From Okamejei kenojei (lineage: Eukaryota), in NCBI GenBank assembly GCA_035221665.1, contig CM069169.1, positions 18,476,001 to 18,540,000 on the forward strand: a stretch of DNA of 64,000 nucleotides, read 5' to 3'. The notes beneath the pieces were generated by a model. That model had not been told where the DNA came from. It did not search any database and saw only the letters and a list, made by a program, of their open reading frames with translations. Within the stretch, counting starts at the first letter, position 1. Every line of letters begins with the position of its first letter. This document shows, piece after piece, positions 1 to 13,367 of this stretch. The translations under genes and the position numbers were made by a program.

Positions 1-47
1 ATTTTAGTAAGCAGTTCATGGTAGATTGCTGCAGAAACTTAAAATTC

Positions 48-290
48 ATGGGTGACTTGGTCATTTGGATTCAAAACTGGATTCTTGTAGAAGACAAAGG
101 TCGTAATTTTGACTGGAGGTCTGTGGTCAATGTAATTTTGCTGGGATCTTTGTTGTTTGTGATGTATATAAATGACAGATGTAAATGTAGATGGGTTGGT
201 TGGTAAATTTGCAGACAGTACCAAAATTGGTGAACTTGTGCACAGTCAAGTTTACAACGGGATATAGATCACCTACAGAAATGGGTGAAA
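48..290 (+). mobile_element. Degraded CR1-type LINE RT fragment
   Basis: Frame-shifted remnants GDLVIWIQNW..DWRSV..LLGSLLFVMYIND..GKFADSTKIG resemble the CR1 RT motifs QGSVLGPLLFxIYINDL / KFADDTK. Confidence 0.7.
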
Positions 291-1799
291 AAACTGTTTA
301 TACAGTATTTCCTTACAATATACAAGAAGACAATGTTGTTCATCGATACGATAATCTCCTTTGGAGCAATCATATTCCCTCACTTATTTCCCTGTAACTA
401 TTGACTCTTGCATGTCAGTCAACTGCTGATTAACTTTTCAACTCTCATCTTATTGGGATGCCAGATGAAGCCAGAGCACCCACATGTTCATGGAGAATGT
501 ACAATAAAGACTGCAGGCGAGGTTGAAATAGATCACAGGGTGGTGGGACTGTACTGATCGGCAGCAATGGCTGTATTCAGGTTTATTGCCAGAACTATTT
601 TCAAATGATTGATGTCTCTTCAGTTTGAAATTGGTATTCAACTCTTTCTCTTCCTCACCTGGCAAGGATGTTTTTTGAAAAGCAATGGTGGCATTATTTG
701 CTGAACAATAGCAATTCATTCAGTCAGTGGAGCTTAATAAATCTGTTTAGTGTAGAAGGCATTGCTGTCGAGTCTGGTATTTGTGCCAGTAACAGGAATG
801 CAGGCTGACTTTTTGCCACTTTATCCTTTTACTTACCTTTGTTTGAGGCATTTGCTGGGCCATTACAAATGGCAACACCACATCAATACAAACCTGGCAT
901 GTACACAGGTCAAACCAGGTAACAATAGCAAATCTTCCCCAAAACACCCTGCTTTTTGGCCTGTTTTCTTTTTTCTGTTTTGACGGTACTAATGTCAAGC
1001 AGGATTCATTTACTCAGGTGAGGGTGCACACTTATTGCTACTGCTTTAAGAACTATTGTAATGGATGATGAAAACTGTATAATGTCTCTGACAGATTTTA
1101 GTAGGTATAATTTGTGGCATCTGCTATTCATGAGTTAGATCATCGATAACTGCTTAACCTTGGCTTAATTATCATTGAGGTGAACGGTGCAGAAATATAA
1201 CATATAAGAGCAGCTTGCCATAGACATGGGCAGTCCAGTTTGTGAAGCTGCTGCCTCACAGCTCCAGTGACTTTACCGCCAAACCACGCTCTAGGGGAAA
1301 TTAACCTACCAAATAGCAATTCTGTGGGATGTGGAAGGAATCCAGAGCATCCAGAGAAAAGCTATTTGGTAACAGAGAGGATGTGCAAGTTCAACACAAA
1401 TATGGGGAAAGAGTAAATGCAATTAGATTGGAATTACTGTAAATGGTGTCTGATGGACTTGGTGGGCAGATGGGCCTGTTACGGTGCTGTAGCTATCTCT
1501 CTCTCTCTGACTTTGAAGAATGTTCATACCATGGCTACAATCTGCCTTCCATCTGCAAAATATGTTGCCACTTTGCTATTTTATCTGGATCCAAACTGAC
1601 ACACTCTCTTATTTGTCTTGGATATTTTGGATTGTGGCCCTTCAGTATTCCTTGCTTAAAAATTAACATTTACCTGGTGTCTCCCTATTTTGCCAGTCTT
1701 GGATAAATCTTCAGAGTTTGGCAAGCAGCAAGATGCAGACAAGATGCTTTCAAATTCCCTTAACACATTTTCCTTTATTCTCTCCAGTTTACGAATGTC

Positions 1800-3600
1800 C
1801 AACTTATGTTGGCCCGTTCATGTGAATGAGCTTTTGGGACACTGGTGGTATGAATTTGTTGGCAGCAGTGGGCATGCATCTTATACATGTGGGTGTTTAG
1901 TTGATGGCCACATTTCCCACGTGAACTGTTTGGGTTACGAACTGTAACCTCATGGATATGCCAAATCTTGTCATACCCCAAAGAAAGTAACTATGCTTAT
2001 GTGCTTTCTTGTTCACTCAATTGGTTTGAAAAGACATAGTTGGATTGTTGGTGATACAGATGTCTTGGAATTTGATACACAGGACCATCTTTACAAAAGG
2101 CCCGTTGATGAGGACAAGGTTATGTTCACTTCCTTGAGTTAACTATTTTATTCATCGTATTGATGTTAAGGGTTAGGTTATCGTCTAAACACCATGACAC
2201 TAGGTTCTCAATCTCTTTCCTGTACTTTGTTTCATTGTTGCTCTATATTGGCTGACAGCAATGATTTTATGGATGGACGTAAAAGTCGAGTTGTCAGTGT
2301 ATTTGGCCACACATGGGTGTGTAGGGAGAGGATAAGAATGAGCTTATAACCTAGTGGGGCACCAGCGTTGAGAGTCAGCATGAAGAAAATGTTATGACCA
2401 ATTGTAACTGACAGGTCTGCCGGTCAGGAAGTCCAGAAGTGAGTTGCTGATTGAGATCTCAAGACCTTGGTTCACAAGTTTGGGATGAGCTTATTTGGCA
2501 TTCTGGTGTTGCAGGCTGAGCTGTAATTGATGAATAGCTTCTTGCAATTGGTGTTTGTATTGTCAAAAGCTGAATGTAGTGCCAGAGAGACGGCATCCTC
2601 CAGAGACCTAATTGTCCTGAATGTGAATTGCAGGGGGTCAAGATTGTCCAGAAGACCATAAACATGTGCCATTAGTTGTCATTTAAAGTCGTCATTATGG
2701 TCGTTGTTAGAGCTATTGGGTGGTAGTCACAGAGAAGTTGCTTTAATTTACAGAGACTGGAATTATGGATATTTCCTGAATGCAGATGGGGGCAAGAAGA
2801 TTATTGAAGTGAGGGTGAAACTCTAGCCAGTTGGTTGGCACATAAGTGCTCCATGCGGATTGGCCACTTTCTGAGAGTTTACCTTGTCAAGAGAGCTGAC
2901 CTGTCAAGAAATGTATAGGACATTACTGGATGTATTACTCTCTACGCTGGAGCCTCGTGTTTCAATCTAGATCTGTAACCTGGAAGGAGCAGCAGCAACT
3001 GATGGTCAGATTGGGTGAAATGAGGGCGAGGGATGGAGCGATAGACATATTTGATGGTGGTGAAGTAATGGTCAATAGTGTTAACATCCTGCAGGGCATA
3101 GGAGAACATACTGATGGTATTTGGGGAGTATGTTTCTGAAGTTGCCCTGGTTGAAGTCACGTTGATGATGAATGGGTATTAGGGGATTTCCTTCCGGGGA
3201 TGAACAAAGTTCTATCTTATCATATTGTAGGGCATGCTGTCTCAAGGAATTACTGACCGAGTATAATTTGTTCAGTGTCATCTTGGCGTTAGCTTGAGCC
3301 GCATAGACTACTGACAAGATGGTAGAGGTGAATTTCCTTCATGAACGGGTATTCCAGGCATGGGAGCAGAATTGGCTCAGACTGTCACATCAGTGCCACC
3401 TTTCCCTTTGCCTGAGGATTTTGTACGGTCCACACAGTAAATGGAGAAACAGTCTGGTTGTGTGGGGTGAGGTGAGTCGGGGAACAAAGCAGTTCCAGAG
3501 CTGCTCTGAGAACAGCAGCATTTGCTCTCAGCTTTTCAAGTCTGGGAGGCGTTGGGGAGGACGGCAGGAACCCCCCCCCCCCCCTGTTTCAACCACACTT
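1800..3600 (-). mobile_element. Degraded Rex1/Babar-type LINE (endonuclease + RT remnants)
   Basis: Minus-strand peptides DFNQGNFRNILPKYHQ, IDHYFTTIKYVYRSIPRPHFTQSDHQ (APE endonuclease) and LDPLQFTFRTIRSLEDAVSLALH..LFINYSSACNT (RT); many frameshifts; boundaries approximate. Confidence 0.75.
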
Positions 3601-5329
3601 GTTGCCCCCCTCCATGGACTACCAGGCTTCCTTGCTTTGTTAGTACTGACAGCTTGAGCTGGCAACATCAGGTCTAATAAAGATCGGGAATTCCGAGAGT
3701 TCCTTTGAAATAGCGATGATTGACAGGAATCTCAGCCATGAAACTAATGACTTAGTGCTGGAATGGCTTGATAAGGAGAAATGGTTGTAAACGGCTGTTT
3801 TAAGAGAGACATCATTTAAAATATCACCACTCTCCCCGACATTTTCATTGGCTGTGCATAAAACAGACACATTGAATCCATTAGTTTTGTCTGCTTTTGT
3901 TAATATTCGGTGAATAAGGGAAACAAGCAGCAGATAAATCTGTGAATGAGATGTTGACATTTCAGTGTCTATAGGTACAGAACAGAAACAAGGAAATAAT
4001 GAACTTGCATACAATCTATGTAACCCTGACCTGTTGCGTAGTCCTTTGTAAATGTCATGTGGACATTTACAGGCTGCCATTTTTTGCCTCGTAGTTGGTC
4101 TATTTGACCTATTTTTGGTTTTAAAGTCAGCCATACCGCACAGAAATGGGCCCATCGGCCCAACTTGCCAGTGTCGACCAAGATCTATGCTAGTCCCACC
4201 TGGCCTGTATTCTTCTCAACCTTTCCTGCTCACATATTTATGTACCTGTCCAAATGTCTTTTAAATGTTATGATAAATTGCCCCTGGGAACACAATTTGA
4301 ATATAAATGTAGTTGAACTTGAGGATGTCTTTCCCAATACTCCTTGGCTCATCAACAGGGCGTTGAAAATTTAAAACCATATTTATTGGTGACCTTTTTA
4401 TTGTATTCCAACAGAATATTTTGAGAAATCTGGTATAGTCGACAGAATACTGAACATGTGAAGGGTGAGAGCCAAATTAAAGGAAACTATGGAGAATAGC
4501 CTGTCGGGTTGTTCATAACTCGTTCTTGATAAAGTAATGCAATTCTGCCCAGAGAGAAATTATGCTATCTGCCTGTTACTGATAGTGTTCTGGAAGTACA
4601 GTGGAAACATTGTTTGATCATTTCTGTTTAAATGGAACTGTAAATGTTCTGCAGGGATCTGTTTTTTTCCAAATTAGATAAAATGTTTGCTGTATGAATA
4701 ACATGTACTGGTAATGTAATATTACTGAGGTCAGAGAGAATTTGATACAGATCCACAAACTGATGTAAAATTGAAGGCTAAGTTTTCAGTCATTCAATGA
4801 GATCATGGCTGATCTTTAACCTAGCTGTTTCCTGCATTTGTCCCACATTTGTCAATAACTTTTTTACAAAAAACACCAAATTCTGATTTAAAATTATCAA
4901 TTGACCTAATGTTTCCAGAAGCAAGTTCCAAGCTTTTATCACTCTCTGTGTTTACTCCACATCTGAAAAGCCTGGCTTTAATTTTGAGGTAATGAATCAA
5001 GCAGCTATATAGCTTAGCCTTAGCCCATCAGCTGAGCTTGTCCCTTCAACAGAAGTTCCAAGACAAGACACTGTAGTTGCTGGAATTTGGAGCAACAAAG
5101 AATGTGCCGGAGGAACTCAGCAGGCCAGGCAGGCAGCATCTGTGCAGGAAAAGGGATAATGGATGCTTTGGGTCAAGAAGCTGCATCAGGACAGGATGGG
5201 AACTTAGAACTATACGAGAATCCGGTTCTGCATCCCCATCCCTGGGAGGAGCTTGATGGCCTTGCTGTCAAAGGCTTTTGGAATGGTTTTCAATGTTTTA
5301 ATAGGACAATTTCCAATTTTTTTTTAACC

Positions 5330-5518
5330 TGAGCCAATTACCCAGCAAACCTGTCTGTCTTTTGGAGTGTGGGAGGAAACCGGAGTACCTGGGGGAAAAC
5401 CCACGCGGTCACAGGGAGAACGTGTAAATTCTGTACAGACAGCACCCATAGTCAAGATTGAACCTGGGTCTCTAGTGCTGTGAGGCAGCAACTGTACTGC
5501 TGCGTTGCCATGCCGTGC
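5330..5518 (-). mobile_element. tRNA-derived SINE (HE1/V-SINE-like)
   Basis: Reverse complement shows a B-box-like GGTTCAATC and the core TCCGGTTTCCTCCCACACTCCAAA shared with other copies in the window. Confidence 0.7.
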
Positions 5519-5869
5519 AGGTCGCCGATTTCCTGAGAGATTATTAGTGTGAACGTGGTTTGTGGTAAATGATGAAATATTTATGCAAATGTATTTATGG
5601 TGTGGAAACCAAGAAAGCCGCTTCATTGAAGACTGGAGGCAGGAATAGGCCTTGCCTTCTCTGTCATTTTGTAAGATAATGGCTGACATTTCCCTTTGGG
5701 ACTGTTTTTCTGCATTAACCCCATATCTCCATTTCCTTTGTTTCTCACGCTCTACCAGTCCCCAGTGACTGAGGCTCTACAGCCTTACTGAGCAGAGACT
5801 GTTGAGATTTCACTTTCCCTCCTGAAAGCAGACCAAGTAAACCTGCATGTGTAGGAAGGAACTGCAGAT

Positions 5870-7024
5870 AGAAACATAGAAACATAGAAATTAGGTGCAG
5901 GAGTAGGCCATTCAGCCCTTCGAGCCTGCACCGCCATTCAATATGATCATGGCTGATCATCCAACTCAGTATCCCGTACCTGCCTTCTCTCCATACCCTC
6001 TGATCCCCTTAGCCACAAGGGCCACATCCAACTCACTCTTAAATATAGCCAATGAACTGGCCTCAACTACCCTCTGTGGCAGAGAGTTCCAGAGACTCAC
6101 CACTCTCTGTGTGAAGAAAGTCTTTCTCATCTCGGTCTTAAAGGATTTCCCCCTTATCCTTAAGCTGTGACCCCTTGTCCTGGACTTCCCCAACATCGGG
6201 AACAATCTTCCTGCATCTAGCCTGTCCAACCCCTTAAGAATTTTGTAAGTTTCTATAAGATCCCCTCTTAATCTCCTAAATTCCAGAGAGTATAAACCGA
6301 GTCTATCCAGTCTTTCTTCATAAGACAGTCCTGACATCCCAGGAATCAGTCTGGTGAACCTTCTCTGCACTCCCTCTATGGCAATAATGTCCTTCCTCAG
6401 ATTTGGAGACCAAAACTGCACGCAATACTCCAGGTGTGGTCTCACCAAGACCCTGTACAACTGAAGTAGAACTATCCCTGCTCCTGTACTCAAATCCTTT
6501 TGCTATGAAAGCTAACATACCATTCGCTTTTTTCACTGCCTGCTGCACCTGCATGCCTACTTTCAATGACTGGTGTACCATGACACCCAGGTCTCGCTGC
6601 ATCTCCCCTTTTCCTAATCGGCCACCATTTAAATAATAGTCTGCTTTCCTGTTTTTGCCACCAAAGTGGATAACCTCACATTTATCCACATTATACTGCA
6701 TCTGCCAAACATTTGCCCACTCACCCAGCCTATCCAAGTCACCTTGCAGTCTCCTAGCATCCTCCTCACAGCGAACACTGCCCCCCAGCTTAGTGTCATC
6801 CGCAAACTTGGAGATATTGCCTTCAATTCCCTCATCCAGATCATTAATATATATTGTAAATAGCTGGGGTCCCAGCACTGAGCCCTGCGGTACCCCACTA
6901 GTTACTGCCTGCCATTGTGAAAAGGACCCGTTTACTCCTACTCTTTGCTTCCTGTTTGCCAGCCAGTTCTCTATCCACATCAATACTGAACCCCTAATAC
7001 CGTATGCTTTAAGTTTGTATACTA
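5870..7024 (-). mobile_element. Young 5'-truncated CR1 LINE (RT C-half + 3'UTR)
   Basis: ORFs 6318..6983 (SGVPQGSVLGPQLFTIYINDLD..KFADDTKLGG) and 5966..6493 (LVRPHLEYCVQFWSP..) are joined by one frameshift near 6474; (TTCTATGT)n tail at 5870-5890; AGAT duplicated at 5866-5869 and 7025-7028. Confidence 0.93.
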
Positions 7025-8529
7025 AGATGCTGGTTTACACCGAAGATAGACACAAAATGCCGGAGTAAATTCCAAACACCCAAGCTGCGGGATATCTCAT
7101 CCTTACATCTTCCTTGTCAGGACTGGTGAACATTTTGTACATTTCAATAGATGGCTGAATAGTGTGTGTTTCTTGGCTGTTGTTACCTTCCTACGTGAAG
7201 TAGCTTCCTGTGGAGAAATTAGGAAATGCTTGGGGGATATGAAAGAGCACTGATAAGCAAATCTGTTATTGTTATAATTATTTATTGCTCCTAACATCAA
7301 AGTTTAAAAACTAAACTTGGAGTGCTGGTTAATTCTTTCCATGTTCCTCATAAATATTTTAAATTGGGCTTGTTTGGACAATCCATAATCTCTCCCTGTA
7401 GAACCACAAAACACAGTACATTGTTATCAGGACATTCCTTCCAGGCTGCAGATAACTTTGCTAATTGGTTGTTTGTATCAGTACTGTGGTGCAAGACCCT
7501 TGACTTTACAAAGGAATTTACGGCCTGCAGTTTTCTACACGTCTTTCTTACCAGAAATCTGGTGTAAATCAATCTTCTTGTTTTTCAATTCTCATTTACT
7601 GTAAATAATTTTAAAAAAAACTGTTGCTAAGGCAAGTGCTAGAAAAAGACTAAAATTGATGTGAATGACGATGCAGGGAGATTTCTTGTTTGAAACATAA
7701 AATCCTGAGGGATCTTCACAGGTGGGTGTGGAGATGCTTCCTCTTGTGTGAGAACCTAGAACCGGGGATCACTGTTTACAAATAAAGGCGGCCCATTTAA
7801 GAACGATGAGGCAAATTGTTTTCTGAGAATCTTGCAACATTAAGAAGCACTTGAGTTCCCATGGCGTAGAAAGCTATGGACTAAATGTGGGTACATGGGT
7901 GGACGATGTGGGCTGAAGAGACTGTTTTAGTGCTGTGTGACTGACTATAATTGTGAGCCTTTGCAAATCACTTGCACAGTCAGCCTTTGAATGTTTCAAG
8001 GTAAAGGTAGATACGTTCCTGATAAGCAGGGAGTTGAAAGGTTACTAGGAGGACAACAAGACTACAGAGTTGAGGTTACCATCAGATCAGATGTAATCTT
8101 TCTGATTAATATTCCATGTTAAACTTGAAGGGCTGTAGGCTCATGAGTTGCATGTTGAGTATTGGAAAACCCTATTTGTCCAGATGGAATATTGCTATAT
8201 GTAAGAACTGTACATGTGGAGAGTTAGAGTGAGCTCTTTAAAAAAAACATATGCAGTGATTAAACAGTAAATTTATCAGCATTTTGAGAAGGTATCTGAT
8301 AAGATTAATGGTGAAGGTGAAATAAATTTTAAGGTGTAGTGAGCACTCTACTGAAATTTGTGCAATCAACTGCAAGTAATCATATGAGGGAAGAATGCCA
8401 AACTCCTTGATGGTGCTGACATTGGTCTCATTTATTGAATGGAGTGTTGTCTTTCTCACCCTGCTTCCCTGTGAGGATCCTGGCATAATTTGTCATTGAT
8501 GCTTTGCAGAAACAAATTTGTGCCATAGA

Positions 8530-9145
8530 TTTACAGAAAAGTTTGTTATGTGTATCGAGGTACAGCTAAAAGCTTTTTGCTACATGCTAACCAGTCAGCA
8601 GAAAGTCTTTACATGATTACAATCGATCCTTCCACAGTGTACAGATACATGATAAAGGGAAGAACGTTAACTGCAAGATAAAGTCAAGTTAAGTCCGATT
8701 AAAGATATTGCGAAGACATCCAATGAGGTAGATAGTAGTTCAGGTCCACTCTTGAGTTGGTGAGAGGATGCTTCAGTTGCCTGATAATAGCTCGGGGGGT
8801 GGTGGGGGAACTGTCCCTGATTTTTGAGGTATACATTTGCACACTTCTCACCTTTTACTTGATGGGAGAGGGAAGAAGAGGCAATGGCCGGGGTGAGACT
8901 CGTTCTTGATTATGCTGCAGGCCTTGCCGAGGCAGTGTGCAGTGTAGATGGAGTCAATGGAAGAGAGGTTGGTTTGTGGCTGCGCTGCATCCAAAACTCT
9001 CTGCAATTTCTTGTGCTCTTGGATGGAGTTGTTCCCAAACTATGCTGTGATGCATCTTGATAAAATGTTTTCTATGGCCCATCTGTAGAATTTTGTAAGA
9101 GTTGTTGGGGAAATGCCAAACTTCCTAAGCTATCTAAGGAACAAG
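8530..9145 (-). mobile_element. Rex1/Babar-type LINE 3' fragment
   Basis: Reverse complement encodes RKFGISPTTLTKFYRWAIENILSRCITA; its 3'UTR recurs at about 10860-10990 and 42836-43145. Confidence 0.7.
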
Positions 9146-9635
9146 TTAGTTTAAATATTTTCCTGAATGTCATACTTTGGTTGGGATGTCTGATCTTGTA
9201 AAAGGTACCTGTTCAAATCATTTTGTGTGAGATTTTCCATTGATTGATCTATTGATGAATCCCGGAATAGCATAAGCCTGTAGGCTCCACGTTCAGGGTA
9301 TATTCCAACAAGAGTTGTGAGAGCAATGAGCCAAAGTGACGGGAAGGAAGCCCATTGTATCCGAATCCATTGGCTGTTTAAAAAAGAATGCTGAGCAGGA
9401 ATGGCTCAGTGGACATAATGTGGTATGTTTATTTTGAGATTTATTGCTTTTAAGTTTACTTGATATCTACAATACAAAGTGAATAGGTATATGGACGGGA
9501 AGGGAATGGAGGGGTATGGTCTGAGTGCAGGTAGATGGGACTAGGGGAAAACAAATGATCGGCACGGACTGGAAGGGCCGAGAGGGCCTGTTTCCATGCT
9601 GTAATTGTTATATGGTTATATGGTTATTTCTTTCA

Positions 9636-9731
9636 GGTCTGAAGAAAGGCCTCAACACAAAATATCACCCATTCCTTCTCTCCAGAGATGCTGCCTGTCC
9701 TGCTGAGTTACTCCAGCTTTTTCTGTCTATC
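9636..9731 (+). mobile_element. Penelope-derived short element (degenerate hammerhead-like head)
   Basis: GGTCTGAAGAAAGGCC..TCACCCATTCCTTCTCTCCAGAGATGCTGCC..GAGTTACTCCAGC matches the terminus of the Penelope copy at 38977-39107. Confidence 0.7.
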
Positions 9732-11525
9732 TTTGTATTTCTGTCAAATTTGTATAGCCTTGACCAACTGAAGATTTGTACAGTTCATCTTTGGGAAGCA
9801 TAACAGACGTATGACTTCATTGTGGTTGCTGAATGAACGTCACTGGAGGTCTTGAAATCAAATTCTACTGAAGGAGCTGAAGAATTTGACATTTGATATT
9901 AAAAGTATGGTATGTGTAATAATGACAACGAAATTACCAAATTGTTGTAAAATTCACTTTGTTTACTGATATTACTTCAGAGAAGGAAATACTCTATACA
10001 TATCTTTCATACCTCAGACCAGCAGCTATCCTATAATAGTCCCAGCAAACCATTCAGTCAGGTGCCAAAGCCGGTAATACTGACAAATACATTAGAGGTT
10101 TGTTCTTCTGTAATTAGTGCATTTTGTATTAGTTCAAGCATTGTGTGATGTTTTGCTCATGTAGTTTTGTTTCTGTACCTATCTGTATATGGGTGACAAT
10201 GGTACGGCTAGGTGCTTAATATTTAGCTGTAGCCACCTTCAAAAATGGTTTGAGCAGCTACATTTTGTGGCACACTGCACAGAAATAGGCCTCTTGGTCC
10301 ATGTCGACCTTTCATCTAATTTCCCCACTTTTGGTCTGCAACCTTCTACGCCATGGCACTTCAAGTGCCTGCCTAGATGCTTCTTAAATATGGTGAGAGA
10401 ATCTTCCTCCACCACTTCAGACATTGTATCTTCGATTCCAACCACCTGTATGAAAAAATAATTCCCAATTAAACCTCCTTTGCTCTTGTTTTAGAATATC
10501 CAACACCAACACCACCACCCCCCCCCCCCCAAAACATGCTATGGAAAATGTCTTCCCTGCTTCCAGCCCCTGTGGCCACCCACCTGAGACCTCGTCCGAA
10601 CTCTGCACAAGTCTGCGACCAGTTCTGGGATCTCCACCTCCCACTCCAATTCCATCCTTGGTCATCCAGTTCTTAATTATTGCCAGCTGTGCTGTGGAAT
10701 TCCCTCCCTGAACCTCTCCTCCATTAAGACATTCCTTAAGTTCTTGTTTCTTGGTGGCTGTGCAGTTGCTGGGCTCCTGTATTATATGATGCCTTGCCAA
10801 TGCTGTTATATATGGACTGAAGGGCCCTCTAACCAAGTGAAGAGTTTAGTGTATGGAGTTTGAGTTTAGTTTATTGTCTTGTATACTGAGGTACAGTGAA
10901 AAGCTATTGTTGCGTGCTAACTAATCAGCGGAAAGACAATACATGATTACAATCGAGCCATTCAACATGTACAGATATCATAGTTAAAGTAAGAAATATT
11001 GCTCTAGGAGTAGATTTAAAAGTGTGGAGCAATTGTAATGTGTGATTGCAGATCCACTCCTGTGACAAACACACAAATAATCGCCTGGATTGGGTGCCAT
11101 CTTGGACTAATGGTGATATATTGTTAAAAGTCGGCATGGTATGAGATTTGCAGGAACTTTCAGTTGGTGGCTTTCCCATGAGGACGTTGCCCTTATTGTT
11201 CAGATGACTGATGCCAGGGTTCTGGGGAGAAGGCAGGAGAATGGGGTTAGGAGGGAGAGATAGATCTGCCATGATTAAATGGCAGAGTAGACTTGATGGG
11301 CCGATTGGCCTAATTCTGCTTCTTTGTACTCAATATCTTGGACAGTGAAGACGGGCATGCCATGTGCATTCCTTACCACCCTGTCTACTTGTGTTGCTAC
11401 TTTCAGGGAACTATGTCCTTGTACCCCTAGACCTGTCCATTCAACAGCACTCTTCAGGGAGCTGCCATTCACGGTATATCCTGCTGTGGTTAAAATTTCC
11501 AAAATGCACAAAATTAATGCCGGCC

Positions 11526-11622
11526 GTGAGCGTCGGGGGTCATACGAGGACTGGGGCCCTGTGAGTGTCAGGGGTCATAAGTGGACCGGGGCCCTGTGAG
11601 TGTCGGGGGTCATACGAGGACT
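11526..11622. repeat. 35-bp minisatellite, about 2.8 units
   Basis: GTGAGYGTCRGGGGTCATA..GGACYGGGGCCCT units start at 11526, 11561 and 11596. Confidence 0.85.
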
Positions 11623-13328
11623 TCCCATGCAGAAAGCCATGTAAATAAATCACTTTGTACAATTTCTCCACAGCAATAGGTTGAGTCTCATTTACCCTTT
11701 GCTTTGCTGGGGCAGATATATCGCATGTTTGTGTTTAAAGCTGCATTGTTAATGCATGTAAGGTAGGATTCTGAATAAATTATTATTAATTACTACAAAT
11801 CAGGCCATTCACAGGAAAACTTCCATTTTGTTGCAAGGTTCTGTGCATATCTCATCCAAAATCTTAAATATGATTGTAGTCTTCCCTCTGATGTGGGATG
11901 TTGCTGTATTCATATTGGCAATGGCATTTTCCCATGTTAAAAATAGTCTGATTTTTCCAAGTACTTCATTGATTGTGATATGTTGCTTAAATATGTCTTT
12001 ATTCTTTTTCATGCTTTTGTGTTTTTTCATGCCTTACCCCTTAGTATCTTTGTCATTTATATAGGATGCAGGATGTGGAAGTTAGAAGCATGCTAAGCAA
12101 AATAAATTGAGGCAACAAAGCATTCAGGAGAAGAGGTTAAAGTATGAAAAACTGTTGAGGGTAAGTTAAAGGTACTGTAGCTAAATGCAGGAAAGAGTTG
12201 TTACAAAGTACAGGAATGAATGGTAGAAAAAGAAGGAAATGGATGTGGTCTAATTGGCATGACTGAAACGCTGCCAGAAGTGGGAGCTGAATGATTTGGG
12301 CCATTTGATATTCAGGAGCAACGAAAGGACATGGGTTACCACTGTTAACAAGGGATTAGTTCAATACGAGGGGAAATTGCCTCTGTAGCATGGATCAGTT
12401 TGGGTGGAACGCACAGGGCAGAAAACTTTGGAAATTATTATAGGCTACCAAATAGTACACAATGTCAGGAAATTAAAAATGCATGTAATGGGTAATATGG
12501 ATAACATGGGGGCATGAATCTACATAGAGATTGTATGCCAGCTTAGCAGTACAGGAGTGAAGGGGTCTTCATGAAGTTATGTAGGGCTTAAATGAGAGTT
12601 GAGAGTCTGTGGCATTGAAAAGGTTGAAGTGATGTGAGGAATGGGATCAGTGGGATTGGTCGGCTGGGAGCTGGCATGGACCCAGTGAGCATTCTTCTGT
12701 ATTGTTACAGGATAACTTTATACCTGGCAGCTTAAAACCCCAGGGAAATACAATTATCTTACTGATGTCTCATGTTAATGTATTCTGCATCTTTCCAGTT
12801 ATTGCCTCTTTTTTTAAAACTCCATCCTCTTTTCTGTGCTTTATCATTGTTTATCACAATTCAATGTGCCAAAATTTGCTGAAACTGACTGTTCCTTTGT
12901 AAGGTTACATTTATACCCATGCAGTTAGCTGCTCCAAGTAAATTGCATCACTTTCACTGAGTTGAAACATCCATTGTGGTTTGTATTGCAAGTGTGTCCT
13001 GTTCATGTTTAACTATCAGCACTTTATTGAGTGACACTAGTTTATTGTTGTGTAATTAATCTCTCTCTTCCTCTGCCTCTGCCTCTGGGTTCAGGGAAGA
13101 TTGGCAACTGACGTTGTTCAGCTTTTTCTATCCTTGGTTATTTGAAAATGCTCCCAACACACATACTTTGATCATTTTAATTATCACTTTTATTTTTAAA
13201 GTCTGACTATTTTTTGCATTCTTTCCTAATCTTGAGATTTGCTGGGAGAGCGTAGGACTGTGCAGCTGAGGGTAACCATCATGGCCATAGTCTACCATCC
13301 GTTATGGTTGTGGGATGAATAGGATGTG

Positions 13329-13367
13329 ATGGGCGGAGGCTTGCATGAAAATTATGAAACGCATGCG
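13329..13367 (+). CDS. TJP1: Candidate alternative first coding exon of TJP1 (MGGGLHENYETHA)
   Basis: ATG in GTGATGG context with an in-frame stop upstream; ends at GCG|GTTAGT donor in phase 0, compatible with the exon at 21042; lies in a repeat-poor island. Confidence 0.35.

Noticed and set aside
3640-4155. 171-aa minus-strand ORF
   Set aside because: Non-ATG or weak start, no recognisable domain, overlaps repeat edges
5330-5518. tRNA gene
   Set aside because: Only degenerate A/B boxes at the head of a multi-copy SINE; no cloverleaf
11526-11622. CRISPR-like array
   Set aside because: Units are directly adjacent with no unique spacers, and the context is eukaryotic intron
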